NCBI GenBank assembly: GCA_049599475.1
Contig: JBMYOQ010000030.1
Location: 1-46,873 of the forward strand
Length of the DNA: 46,873 bases
DNA from: Opitutales bacterium
Lineage (GTDB): Bacteria; Verrucomicrobiota; Verrucomicrobiia; Opitutales; JABSRG01
Reading direction: 5' to 3'
The notes under the pieces are model-generated. The model worked only from the letters and a program-made list of their open reading frames with translations, made no database searches and was not told the origin of the DNA. The translations under genes were made by a program, and so were the position numbers. Below are positions 37,292 to 46,873 of the stretch, piece after piece; within the stretch, counting starts at the first letter, position 1; the number at the start of each line of letters is the position of its first letter.

Positions 37292-39802
37292 ATGAAACGA
37301 CTCGTCATTGCCGAAAAACCTTCCGTAGCCACCGATCTTGCCCGCGTTCTGGGGAAGGTGCCGAAGAAGGGGGACTTTTTCGAGAATGACGAGCTTGTGA
37401 TCACGTCAGCGGTCGGGCACGTCGTAGAGCTGCAGATGCCGGAGGATATCGACAAGAAGCGTTACGGCTTCTGGCGCTTGCAAGAGCTCCCAATCGTACC
37501 GAAAAAATTTGATCTCAAGCCTTCCGAAAAGACCAAGGACCGCTTTGCCCTGCTCAAGAAATTGATGAAGCGCAAGGATGTTACCGAAATCATTAACGCG
37601 TGTGACGCCGGTCGCGAGGGTGAGTTGATTTTCCGCTATGTCGTTGAGTTGGCTAAGGTGAAAAAGCCGACCAAACGCCTCTGGATGGTTTCGATGACGC
37701 CTGAAGGGATCCGGGAAGCCTGGAATAATTTGCGCACTGAGGAGGATATGAATCCACTTTCAGATGCGGCTCACTCCCGCTCGGAGGCAGATTGGTTGAT
37801 CGGTATTAATGGCACCCGTGCTATCACTAAGCGCATGTATGGCCGCGCGCGCAATGTCGCCACAGTAGGGCGTGTGCAGACGCCGACATTGACTCTCGTT
37901 TGGGAGCGCGAGGAGGAGATAAACAACTTTATCCCCAAGGGCTACTGGCGTTTGGTTGGAGAATTTGGAGTTCATCTAGGGACCTATGCGGGCACCTTCC
38001 AAAAGCCAAATTTCAAAAAGGATCCGGAAAATGAGCACGATCGCATTGATCGCATTTGGGAGAAAGCGGAAGCCGAACGCATCCTAAGTGTCGTTCAGTC
38101 TACCGATACTGCAGAGGTTTCGGAGACGAAGAAACGCACCCGCCAGTCCGCACCGCGTCTCTATGATTTGACTACCCTGCAGCGCGAGGCGAATGGCCGT
38201 TTTGGTTTCCCAGCCGGTAAAACCTTGCGTGTGGCGCAGTCGCTTTACGAAAAGCACAAGATGCTGACGTATCCGAGAACCGACAGCCGCGCGCTTCCTG
38301 AGGATTACGCGAATAACTGTTACCAAGCCTTGAGAGCCTTGAGCGGTGGACTCGAAAACCACACCAAGAAGGTCATCGAAAACGGATGGGTCAATCCGGG
38401 TAACAAGCGCATTTTTAATAACAAACAGATTTCAGATCACTTCGCCATCATTCCCACCGACGCGAAGCCGAAGAAGCTTAATGAGGACGAAGCGAAGATT
38501 TTCGATATGGTCGCGCGTCGCTTTATCTCGGTCTTCTACCCGCCAGCGGAATTCGATGTAACCACGCGTATTTCTACCGTAGCGAGCGAACATGCTTTCA
38601 AGACCGAGGGTAAAATTTTGGCCGTGCCGGGCTACCTTGAGGTATACGGCAAGACTGTAGAGTCCGGGGATACCGACTCGCTGACACCGCTTTCGAATGA
38701 AGATGGTCAACCACCGAAAGCGCGTATCGAAAATATCGATATGCTCGAGGAGGCTACCAAGCCACCCCCGCGCTACACGGAAGCGACTCTTCTGGCTGCG
38801 ATGGAAGGAGCCGGAAAATTTGTCGAAGAAGATGAATTGGCCGAAGCAATGAAAGAGAAGGGTCTGGGTACTCCAGCGACGCGAGCGTCCATCATCGATC
38901 ACCTTGCTTACGAGAAATACATCGAGCGCGAAGGCCGTGAATTGGTCCCGACTGCTAAAGCTGAAGATTTGATCAACTTCCTCTACGCGGTGAAGGCTGG
39001 CGTGCTTACTAGCCCCTCGCTCACAGGTGAATGGGAGCACAAGCTCAGCCAGGTCGAAAGCGGTGAGCTGTCGCGCAAAGAGTTCATGAAAGGGATCGTG
39101 AAGGTCACCGAAGAGATCGTCGATAATACCAAAAATTTCGACGAGAAGGACGAAGACTTGCCCAAGACGGACATGATCTCGCCGAGCGACAACCTACCTA
39201 TGCTCGAGGCCCTGCGTGTGTGGAAATCGCAGGACGGCGAAATTTCCGTATACAAGACCATCGGTAATCGCCGCATGGATATTGAGGAGATCAAAGTGCT
39301 GCTCAAGGAAGGACGCATCGGGCCTCTAGATGGTTTCCGGAGCAAGATGGGTAAACCTTATTCGGCGATGCTCAAATTTGAGGAAAACAAGGTCGCTATG
39401 GATTTTGGTGACGACTCCGACGATGATGGCGAGCTCAACATGGCCGAACTCGAGAAGTGCCCAGTCGTAGGGACGGACCCAGTTACCGGAGGTCGAGTGT
39501 TTGCTTCTCCAACGGCGTATGTGTGTGAACACTACAGAAAAGAAGGATACGATAATGCTCTGCGTATTAATCGTTCGCTTCTCGGTAAAACATTACCGGA
39601 AGAAGATGTCAAAAAACTGCTGAGTGATGAGCGCAAGACAGGTTTGATCACTGGGTTTCGCTCCAACCGGACAAAACGTCTTTTCGATGCGTTCTTAATC
39701 CTGAAAGATAAGAACAAGATCGGTTTCGAATTCCCTCCGCGTGCCCCGAAAAAGAAGGCCGCCAAAAAGGGAGCGAAGAAAGCCGCTGCTAAGAAGAGCT
39801 AG
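37292..39802 (+). CDS. topB: DNA topoisomerase III (type IA) with C-terminal repeats and a Lys/Ala-rich tail
   Basis: IAEKPSVA, NACDAGREGELI, GRVQTPTL, catalytic TYPRTDS, GLGTPATRA. Confidence 0.93.
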   Translation: MKRLVIAEKPSVATDLARVLGKVPKKGDFFENDELVITSAVGHVVELQMPEDIDKKRYGFWRLQELPIVPKKFDLKPSEKTKDRFALLKKLMKRKDVTEIINACDAGREGELIFRYVVELAKVKKPTKRLWMVSMTPEGIREAWNNLRTEEDMNPLSDAAHSRSEADWLIGINGTRAITKRMYGRARNVATVGRVQTPTLTLVWEREEEINNFIPKGYWRLVGEFGVHLGTYAGTFQKPNFKKDPENEHDRIDRIWEKAEAERILSVVQSTDTAEVSETKKRTRQSAPRLYDLTTLQREANGRFGFPAGKTLRVAQSLYEKHKMLTYPRTDSRALPEDYANNCYQALRALSGGLENHTKKVIENGWVNPGNKRIFNNKQISDHFAIIPTDAKPKKLNEDEAKIFDMVARRFISVFYPPAEFDVTTRISTVASEHAFKTEGKILAVPGYLEVYGKTVESGDTDSLTPLSNEDGQPPKARIENIDMLEEATKPPPRYTEATLLAAMEGAGKFVEEDELAEAMKEKGLGTPATRASIIDHLAYEKYIEREGRELVPTAKAEDLINFLYAVKAGVLTSPSLTGEWEHKLSQVESGELSRKEFMKGIVKVTEEIVDNTKNFDEKDEDLPKTDMISPSDNLPMLEALRVWKSQDGEISVYKTIGNRRMDIEEIKVLLKEGRIGPLDGFRSKMGKPYSAMLKFEENKVAMDFGDDSDDDGELNMAELEKCPVVGTDPVTGGRVFASPTAYVCEHYRKEGYDNALRINRSLLGKTLPEEDVKKLLSDERKTGLITGFRSNRTKRLFDAFLILKDKNKIGFEFPPRAPKKKAAKKGAKKAAAKKS

Positions 39803-40047
39803 CGCGTACGCCTTACAGGCCTGGCCCCTCTTGGCTCGCGTATCCATATCTGCGAATGATTTCTCAATAAGGCTTGCGGGACGCTCGTATATTTAGCCTA
39901 TCACCGAAATATACGCTTAGTTTCGAAATAAATTTTATTGCGGCAGATTTGCTATTTTTCCTTTACGGGAACGTTAAATGCACTGTTTAAATCTTCGTTT
40001 GTCCGAATTTCAAAAATTAGCTTCTCGGACAAGCGAATGGATCTGTC

Positions 40048-42186
40048 GTGAGAAATTGTGTATTATTAGTTTCAGTATATGTCATTGGTTTGAGTGTGTC
40101 TCTGGCCGAGAAATCATACCGTGTGGTGTTGCTCGAATCGGCCCCACGTATCGACGGTGATATTACGGATGAAGTCTGGGAGAACGTCCCCGTGATCGAT
40201 CAATTTTACCAAGTGTATCCGGATGAGGGAGACCCCGCATCGATTGCAGTCGAAGTGAAAATGGCCTATGATAAGGATGCTTTATATTTCACAGTAGAAT
40301 ATTTTGCATCGAAAGAAGACCGGACGGCCACCGTGCGTTTGCGAGATCGTAGCCAATTTGCAGATGATAGTATAAGCCTGGTGTTTGATCCATTCGGGAA
40401 GGGGCGCGACGGGTATCGTTTTCGATTTAATGAACTCGGGGCGAAGGAAGATGCCATTATCGAGGAGGTCGACAGAATGAACCGTCAGTGGGATACGATA
40501 TGGACCGTGAAAACCCAGCGCTATGAAGATCGCTGGGTAGCCGAAGGAGAGATTCCGGCGAGATCTATTAGTTTCGATCCATCCAATCAAACCTGGGGTT
40601 TTAATATCGAGGTGAATTATCAGAAGCGGCGTGAGGAGTCGCGATGGACTTCGATCGATCGCACTATCAGCGCGGAGTCCTTGGCGTATTCGGGAGATTT
40701 AACGGGCATCACTGGCCTCGAGCAGGGTCTTGGAATTCGCTTTCGCCCATACGCTGTTGCAAGATTTACGGAAAACGGGAACGCGGATACAAATGCGTCC
40801 GAGGGTCTCGGGTTTGATACGGGTTTCGATTTGTTTTATAAACCTGTTCCAACGGTCACTACAGTCTTCACTGTGAACACTGACTTCGCGGAAGCGGAAG
40901 TCGATAATCGGGTGGTGAATTTCAGTCGTTTCCCTACATTCTTCCCGGAGAAACGTGCATTCTTTCTAGAGGATGCCAGTGTATTTTCATTCGGGGGGAT
41001 CAACAATTCTCCGCGCCCCTATTTTTCTCGCAGAATCGGAGTGGGGCCCGATGGGGAGCCTACTGATTTATTATACGGAGCGAAAGCAACGGGGCGCTTA
41101 GGGAATGTGCAATTTGGATTGTTTGATACCTATGTTGACGCTGTTGGGGGCGTGGACGCCAAACATTTAACGGTTGCCCGAGCAAATGTCGGTGTCTTTG
41201 AGGAGTCGACCATCGGCGCGATCGCAACCAACGGAGATCCGCGTAGCAATATCGATAATTCGCTGATTGGTTTGGATTTTAAATACCGCGATTCCAATTT
41301 TGGCCCCGAGGGCGGTGAGCTAGATTGGTTTACCTGGGCACAGTATTCGGAGACTCCGGGGCAGCGGGATCAGTCTTACGCCTATGGTTGGGAGGGTGAA
41401 TATAACAGTCGGGCTTGGAATGCCTATCACTTCGCGGAGTTTATCGGGGAAGATTATAATCCTGCGCTGGGTTTTGTGAGACAGACTGATGTGTTTCAGA
41501 GCAGTGCTCGTTTGACTCGAAAGTATTATCCAGATGGCTTCAATAATATCCGACACACCTTCGATGTCTTTTCGCGATTTGAAACCGGAGGCGACTACGT
41601 GGAGCGCTTTCGACCACAGACCAATGTGCGCGTAGCCTTGCCATCAGGAGATTTTGCACAATTCCTCGTAGCCTATGATTATGAAGAATTACGAGAGTCT
41701 TTCGAGCCCATAGACGGGCTCATCGCGCAGCCGGGTCAGTATGATGGGTATCAATTGCGGTTTGTCGCGAATACTTCAAGTGCGCGCCCAGTTTCGGCAC
41801 GGCTAGAGTTGGAGACGCGTCCCTATTATGACGGACACCGGAGTGGCATCGAGTTCAACACCGGGTGGCGACCGAATCCAGTCTTTGATGTGTCCTTCAA
41901 TAACGATCTTACTCTGGTCGAGTTGGGGGGCGCGGACGAATGGGTTTACCTACAACGTATTGCGACAAACATACAATTTTCGTCTGACCTCGTGTGGAGT
42001 ATGATCGCTCAATACGATAATATTTCTCAGGAAGTCGGTATCAACTCACGGGTCCGCTGGACGTATCGGCCCGGATCCGACATCTTCTTTATTTTAAATC
42101 AAGGTCTGCGTGATGACCCAGATGAAGGGTGGACCGCCTTAGCATCCGCGGTAAGCGTGAAGGTAAATGCGACCTTCGATTTTTAA
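40048..42186 (+). CDS. CBM9-like + DUF5916 outer-membrane protein
   Basis: Signal peptide, PRIDGDITDEVW, NTDFAEAEVD, FFPEKRAFFLE, FSRRIG, C-terminal Phe. Confidence 0.85.
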   Translation: MRNCVLLVSVYVIGLSVSLAEKSYRVVLLESAPRIDGDITDEVWENVPVIDQFYQVYPDEGDPASIAVEVKMAYDKDALYFTVEYFASKEDRTATVRLRDRSQFADDSISLVFDPFGKGRDGYRFRFNELGAKEDAIIEEVDRMNRQWDTIWTVKTQRYEDRWVAEGEIPARSISFDPSNQTWGFNIEVNYQKRREESRWTSIDRTISAESLAYSGDLTGITGLEQGLGIRFRPYAVARFTENGNADTNASEGLGFDTGFDLFYKPVPTVTTVFTVNTDFAEAEVDNRVVNFSRFPTFFPEKRAFFLEDASVFSFGGINNSPRPYFSRRIGVGPDGEPTDLLYGAKATGRLGNVQFGLFDTYVDAVGGVDAKHLTVARANVGVFEESTIGAIATNGDPRSNIDNSLIGLDFKYRDSNFGPEGGELDWFTWAQYSETPGQRDQSYAYGWEGEYNSRAWNAYHFAEFIGEDYNPALGFVRQTDVFQSSARLTRKYYPDGFNNIRHTFDVFSRFETGGDYVERFRPQTNVRVALPSGDFAQFLVAYDYEELRESFEPIDGLIAQPGQYDGYQLRFVANTSSARPVSARLELETRPYYDGHRSGIEFNTGWRPNPVFDVSFNNDLTLVELGGADEWVYLQRIATNIQFSSDLVWSMIAQYDNISQEVGINSRVRWTYRPGSDIFFILNQGLRDDPDEGWTALASAVSVKVNATFDF

Positions 42187-42200
42187 TACGGTTTCGAATT

Positions 42201-42350
42201 AGACGGTTTCTCAAAAGTGGTGGCGCCGGATCACCGTATCCGGCATGAGCGCGTTAGCCCAAACGACTAGCGCGGCTAAGGCCGAGTTATGCTCGCTCGG
42301 TGAGCGCGCGCTACCGAAATAGAGATTGATACGAGTTTTGAGAAAGCCCT
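42201..42350. mobile_element. MITE-like element with terminal inverted repeats and an internal REP-like doublet
   Basis: Left AGACGGTTTCTCAAAAGT and right AGTTTTGAGAAAGCCCT, enclosing GTGGCGCCGGAT...ATCCGGC and GCTCGCTCGGTGAGCGCGCGCTAC. Confidence 0.5.
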
Positions 42351-42408
42351 TGCCTCCAAATACGAAACTTTACCAGATGCCGTATAAGAATCAACGGCCT
42401 CTCCCGAG

Positions 42409-42560
42409 GTAGCCTCCGCTTTCCAAGCGGAGGGATGGGCATAACCTTGGAGGCGAGCATTCCGGTGAGCCTGAGGCATGGGCGCAACCCTAGCGGCTTA
42501 CCAAGGATGGTTTGGCCTTTCGCTACTATTTAGATAGTAGAGTGTCGGTTTAATCCCGAC
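42409..42560. repeat. Array of REP-like hairpins
   Basis: GTAG+CCTCCGCTT/AAGCGGAGG (42409-42433), a GGAGGCGAGCATTCCGGTGAGCC doublet (42449-42521), and GTAG..GTCGG/CCGAC (42537-42560). Confidence 0.5.
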
Positions 42561-42585
42561 CCCATTGAATCCGCTTGAAACCCCT

Positions 42586-44094
42586 CTACAGGGCCGCGCT
42601 TAATGCCTTTTCGAAAGCTTCAATGATTTCGCTAATGGGTTCTGCTCCAACTGAAACCCGTATAAGGTCTGGATCGAGTCCATGGCTCCAAGTGTAATCG
42701 CGTCCTTCTTCGTTGCTCACCAAGTCGTAGTGCGCGAGATACATGAAGGGGCATGCCATAGTAAAGGTAGTGCCAAAGCTGGGGCCCTTTGCGATGGATA
42801 GGGCTGCGTAGAATGCATCCATGTTTTCAGGACGTTTTAAATACAACGTAAGGATGCTGCCAGGGCCGCCCTCGGGTTTGCGAATTTTTTTAAATTGAGA
42901 CAGGTAGTCTAATGACTCCGCCCAGAATACTCTGGAAACCGCTTTGTGTTTGTTGAGAAACTCGGCAAGCTGGCGTGTGTTCGCGTTGATCTTCTCGGAT
43001 GTTGATTGCCAGTCGGAAATTTGGGCAGCCATGCGCCCGCAATCTGTAAAGTGTGGGGGTTCTACGAATTCTTTCGCGTCCTCGAGCCAGAATTCGCTCC
43101 ACGGGCGTTCGATGCCAGATGTGAGTGCACCCATGATTACATCCCCTTGATTGCCTGCGTATTTGGTGAGCGATGTTACGATGATATCTGCGTATTGGCT
43201 TACGTCGACATTGCTCAAGCTGGCGATCGTGGGATCTAGAATTAAAAGGGCTCCGACATTGTCACACACCTTCCGCAGATACTGGATATTTACAGTCTGG
43301 ACCAAGGGATTGGTCGGCGTCTCTGTGATGATGCCCGCTACGCGCTTGCCGTATTTTTCGAGTACAGCATCCAGGGTGTCACGGGCATCTACGTCGTAGC
43401 AGGTGATAAAGCGTGTATCGGTGGAGCTGAGACGTTCGAGGACTTTGTTCGTGTCGAGGTAAAGCCAGCCAAGCTGTATCCACACATGTTTCCCTTCGCG
43501 CGCCTGCGTTGCTTCGGCTGCCTTGAACGCTGCGTAAAACGCATTCATTCCTGAGTTTGTGAGGACAACTTTATCTGCCTCAGTGTTTGCGAGGGCTGCT
43601 ACGGCATTGCTCACAGCACTGTAGGAGTCTCCGTCCAAGCGCTCTTCTTCGAAAAGCGCGGAATTTTCGAGAAGACCAAGTTGGTTCAAGATGCGTTCAG
43701 CAAGGCGGGATGAAATCCCGTAGCCAGTATGCTGCATGAGCTGAAAAGCTCGTTTGCGTAAATCGTCCCGCTGTGGACAGATGTAATAGAAAACCCCATG
43801 CATCGAGCCAGTTGAAGAATTGCTGCAATCGACGTATGCGCTTAGGCTGGCGAGGGCTTGAACAGAATTCACCAGGAAGATATCGAAGTCTTCCAGATCG
43901 AGCTCCTGCTTGAAATGTTCGACGAGCTTAAGAATGTATCGGTGGGTGACGAAACGTGGGTAGCCGCTCTGTACTGCTTTCATCACTACGGGGTCTTTCT
44001 CCTCGTAGCCGATGACAGCGTGCATATCCGGCAGACTCACGCACATCGCGTGGGGACTGTCGGGAATCTGGCTCCCTATAGGGTAGTCTGGCAT
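42586..44094 (-). CDS. PLP-dependent Cys/Met-metabolism enzyme, cystathionine gamma-synthase-like (long N-terminal form)
   Basis: SGMNA, ETPTNP, LDPT, TSLTKY (PLP Lys), KGPSFG, LIRVSVGAE. The ATG at 44094 overlaps the lysA stop. Confidence 0.88.
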   Translation of the reverse strand: MPDYPIGSQIPDSPHAMCVSLPDMHAVIGYEEKDPVVMKAVQSGYPRFVTHRYILKLVEHFKQELDLEDFDIFLVNSVQALASLSAYVDCSNSSTGSMHGVFYYICPQRDDLRKRAFQLMQHTGYGISSRLAERILNQLGLLENSALFEEERLDGDSYSAVSNAVAALANTEADKVVLTNSGMNAFYAAFKAAEATQAREGKHVWIQLGWLYLDTNKVLERLSSTDTRFITCYDVDARDTLDAVLEKYGKRVAGIITETPTNPLVQTVNIQYLRKVCDNVGALLILDPTIASLSNVDVSQYADIIVTSLTKYAGNQGDVIMGALTSGIERPWSEFWLEDAKEFVEPPHFTDCGRMAAQISDWQSTSEKINANTRQLAEFLNKHKAVSRVFWAESLDYLSQFKKIRKPEGGPGSILTLYLKRPENMDAFYAALSIAKGPSFGTTFTMACPFMYLAHYDLVSNEEGRDYTWSHGLDPDLIRVSVGAEPISEIIEAFEKALSAAL

Positions 44095-45341
44095 TAGATC
44101 TCGTTTGCCCAGATTGTCTCTAGATCTTGGCGCTTGCGGATGAGTCGGAAGGTGCCCCCTGTTTCGAGCATCACCTCTGCGGACTCTGGGAATGAGTTGT
44201 AGTTCTTGGCGGGCATGCCTGAACAATAGGCTCCAACGCCTTCGATGATGAGAATGTCGCCGATGGTCGCCTGGCTCATCTCGCGGGGTCCGAGGGTGCC
44301 GGGTTCATCCGGTGCGCACGAGATGAGGTCACCTGATTCGCAACAGTGGCCCACGACGACGTAATCTTTTGTGGTGTCGGTCGGTGTCTGCGGAATGACG
44401 ATGAGTGGGTGTTGCGAGCCATAAAGGGAAGGGCGGAGCAGCTCAGTCATCCCAGAATCCGTCTTGATGAAGGAGTAGCCGTTTTCACCGGTTTCTACGA
44501 TGTCGCGCACAGTTGTGAGGAGGCACGCCGCATTGCCCACCAGGAATGTGCCCGGCTCTATTTCCATGTGCATCTTGCGACCTGTTTCCTCGGCAACCTG
44601 TTCGAAGATAGCTTTTACAGGAGCGCCAATATCTTGGAGGTCGGTCGACTTCTCGGTGCTCATGCGGCCGACTTTGTAGCCGCCCCCGAGATTGAGCGTG
44701 TGGACTTTGGGGAACGCCTTGGCGAGGGCCATACTGGCGTGGGCCACTTCTTTCCATACCTCGGGATCGCTGCCGGAGCCGATGTGGGTGTGTATCCGGA
44801 AAACGGTTAAATTGTATTTGTCAGTCAGCGCACGCGCATCTTCCAGGAGCTCATGCCAGATGCCGAAGCTGGATGCCGGGCCACCGACGTTGGTCTGATT
44901 GTTTCCGCCCGAGCCCTTGCCGGGATTGAAGCGTAGGCCGATTTCGATGCCTGGGCGCGCTTGGCCGATGCCTTCGATCTGGCTGAGCGAGCATGCATTT
45001 ACCGAAATGCCAAGATCGAGCAATTCGCCGATGTCTTCGGGGAGTTCTTGGCTGCTGAGCGAAAGTTTCTCGGCTGGAATGCCTGCGGCCATGGCTCGCT
45101 TGACTTCGTGGCCAGAGCTGCAGTCGAAATGGAGGCCCATTTCGGAGAACAGTTTGAGGATATTGCGATTGGGCGACGCCTTCATCGCGTAGCGCACCGT
45201 AAGGCCGAAGGCATTTGGGAAGGCCAAGGCTTCTTTAGCTCGCTGTTCCAGAGTGGCTTCGTCGTAAACGAATACAGGTGAGCCGTGGCTCGCGCGTATC
45301 GCCTGAGCCTTCTCCGCATCTATAAACCGCAATGTTTCCAT
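44094..45341 (-). CDS. lysA: Diaminopimelate decarboxylase
   Basis: YAMKA, HTHIGS, LNLGGG, IEPG, GHCCESGD, GAY, NYNS. ATG at 45341 is preferred. Confidence 0.9.
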   Translation of the reverse strand: METLRFIDAEKAQAIRASHGSPVFVYDEATLEQRAKEALAFPNAFGLTVRYAMKASPNRNILKLFSEMGLHFDCSSGHEVKRAMAAGIPAEKLSLSSQELPEDIGELLDLGISVNACSLSQIEGIGQARPGIEIGLRFNPGKGSGGNNQTNVGGPASSFGIWHELLEDARALTDKYNLTVFRIHTHIGSGSDPEVWKEVAHASMALAKAFPKVHTLNLGGGYKVGRMSTEKSTDLQDIGAPVKAIFEQVAEETGRKMHMEIEPGTFLVGNAACLLTTVRDIVETGENGYSFIKTDSGMTELLRPSLYGSQHPLIVIPQTPTDTTKDYVVVGHCCESGDLISCAPDEPGTLGPREMSQATIGDILIIEGVGAYCSGMPAKNYNSFPESAEVMLETGGTFRLIRKRQDLETIWANEI

Positions 45342-45556
45342 AAGCGGCGAGTTTATCGCGGAAGAGCAGGTGCATTTCAATCCGAAATAAAAGCGTGCGG
45401 TAAATCGGATGCAGGGTAGGCATTTCTGGCGATCGGAAAGATTCCAAGCTGCTCGTGGATCGCACCGTTATGCCTTCGGAACCAAGGAAGGATTCCCCAT
45501 CAATTTCCTGGCTCGGGAAACAAACGAATAGCGCGGTAGTCAACGCTTAGAGTAAA

Positions 45557-46258
45557 ATGCACAAACCTATTATTCGATTCCTGAAGCGACAATGGCGCGA
45601 GTGGCGGAATACCGTCCTCTTTTTTGTATGTGTGGTGGTTCCGGTGAAGTCGAGTCTCGCGGACTGGAACTGGGTGCCTACAGGTTCTATGAATCCTACG
45701 ATCGTGGAGGGCGATTTGGTCTATGTGAACAAGCTCGCCTATGATCTGCGCGTTCCGCTCACAAAACACAGCTTAAAGCACTTCGCAGATCCTGAACGCG
45801 GGGATATTGCGGTCTTGCTGTCTCCCGAGGATGAAACTCGTCTGGTAAAACGCGTAATTGGGGTGCCCGGGGATACGCTCGAGATGTGGAATAATACTCT
45901 CTATGTAAACGGTGTGCGCGCTGATTACTCAGATTTAGCTTATGAGGAGATCCAGGATCTCGAAGAGGCGCTCCGGGCCATCTCTCTCTTTGCCGAAGAG
46001 AATATCGAGGGGCATGCACATTCGGTAATGATTACCCCAGGCATACCTTCGAACAAGCGCAGCTTCGCAAAAGTAACTGTGCCGGATGGGCACTATTTCA
46101 TCATGGGAGACAATCGTGACAACAGCCACGACTCGCGTGCCTACGGTTGCGTGGAGCGCTCCCAATTCCTCGGAGAGGCGACACATGTGCTCGTTTCCTT
46201 CAATATGCTCGATAAATACCAGCCCCGTTTGGGCCGCTTTTTTACGGGGCTGAATTAG
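45557..46258 (+). CDS. lepB: Signal peptidase I
   Basis: VPTGSMNPT (Ser), LVKRVIGVPGD (Lys), GDNRDNSHDSR. Confidence 0.96.
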   Translation: MHKPIIRFLKRQWREWRNTVLFFVCVVVPVKSSLADWNWVPTGSMNPTIVEGDLVYVNKLAYDLRVPLTKHSLKHFADPERGDIAVLLSPEDETRLVKRVIGVPGDTLEMWNNTLYVNGVRADYSDLAYEEIQDLEEALRAISLFAEENIEGHAHSVMITPGIPSNKRSFAKVTVPDGHYFIMGDNRDNSHDSRAYGCVERSQFLGEATHVLVSFNMLDKYQPRLGRFFTGLN

Positions 46259-46268
46259 ATTTTTTCGA

Positions 46269-46853
46269 TTACTCGAAACCAATCCGGACGCGGACAAATT
46301 TGTGGGTGTCTGCATTTATTGGAATTTGAGTAGTCACCTGTTCGAATTCAGAGTCGATGGCAATAATCTGTGTCTCTGTGGAGTCCGGGATCTGCCAAGA
46401 GTCAAATCGAAGTTGATCCGAATATTCTACGGAATATGTGATGCCTCGATCGTTAGCGTAAACCTGCCGCCGGTAGCGGATCTCTAGAAAATCGTCTACG
46501 CCATCGTTTGTTATTTGATGTGTCGGATTCAGTGTAGTGTCGTCAATTGGGGACTCGGGATCGCCCCCGAATGCAAACTCCAGAGAGTCTGAAAGCAGGC
46601 CGCCATCGGTCGAGTGAGAGTCTGGGATAGCAGCTAGATCTAGGCTCGGGTAATTTGCGGCCCATTGATCTAAGAAGCTCAAACTTTTCGGCTTGTGAAT
46701 CGTGATTGTATCCAAATCAAACTGAGCAGTTCCTTCAGAATCGCTCAACTCTATGGTATTTGAATCGGACTCAAGTTTCGCGATTATGGAGAGGGTATGT
46801 AGTTGGTTGGTTCGGCTTGTGATACCAGTTCGAATAATTATTGAGCTTTATGG
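46269..46853 (-). CDS. C-terminal part of a probable secreted protein (5' end missing or disrupted at the window edge)
   Basis: Same C-terminal module as the sulfatase (QW...D..L.D.LEFAFG.DP...Y.VEYS..L..W...FVRVRI). The frame is open upstream of TTG 46748 to in-frame TAA stops near 46850. Confidence 0.7.
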
Positions 46854-46873
46854 TTATATGGTTTTGTCTACGG

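Noticed and set aside
36559..37455. 298-aa antisense ORF over the aminotransferase and topB
   Set aside because: Shadow ORF with no recognisable domain.
44095..44226. N-terminal extension of the 546-aa ORF call
   Set aside because: It overlaps lysA in another frame; the TAATG coupling at 44094 gives the better start.
45342..45556. Possible lysine or SAM riboswitch upstream of lysA and the Met gene
   Set aside because: Conserved L-box and S-box core sequences are not visible; an Rfam scan would be needed to overturn this.
1..46873. CRISPR array, rRNA, tRNA, integrase or transposase
   Set aside because: No regularly spaced direct repeats, RNA gene signatures or recombinase motifs were seen.

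Overview
A gene-dense bacterial chromosomal window, most likely Verrucomicrobiota (Opitutales/Puniceicoccaceae-like). This is inferred from the long N-terminally extended GreA, the TopB type, the modular sulfatase and the scarcity of Shine-Dalgarno sites; no marker gene proves it. The left ~17 kb is accessory: an unassignable 503+ aa ORF, a solo LuxR regulator, a NarL-type two-component pair whose sensor has a large extracytoplasmic region, DoxX plus a Tat-exported Gfo/Idh/MocA oxidoreductase, a 1139-aa modular sulfatase, a 1400-aa TPR protein with an embedded intact C39-like cysteine peptidase domain, and a stand-alone carbohydrate-binding-like protein. The rest is mostly housekeeping: rph, greA, rsmB, a caa3-type cytochrome c oxidase locus with heme A synthesis and copper-handling genes, EamA, NupC, a cupin, a GH99/71-like hydrolase, DegP, a class V aminotransferase, topB, CBM9/DUF5916, lysA coupled to a fungal-type cystathionine gamma-synthase-like gene, lepB and a partial secreted protein. 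I found no rRNA, tRNA, CRISPR array or transposase. Several intergenic regions hold degenerate REP-like hairpins and a MITE-like terminal-repeat family. No novel system can be proven from sequence alone. The best candidates are the stand-alone TPR-C39 protease, a shared C-terminal putative sorting domain on two unrelated proteins, the atypical Sco/His-rich copper pair, and the nested MITE/REP mosaics. Probable homopolymer frameshifts (about 15990 and both window edges) suggest sequencing errors or gene decay.
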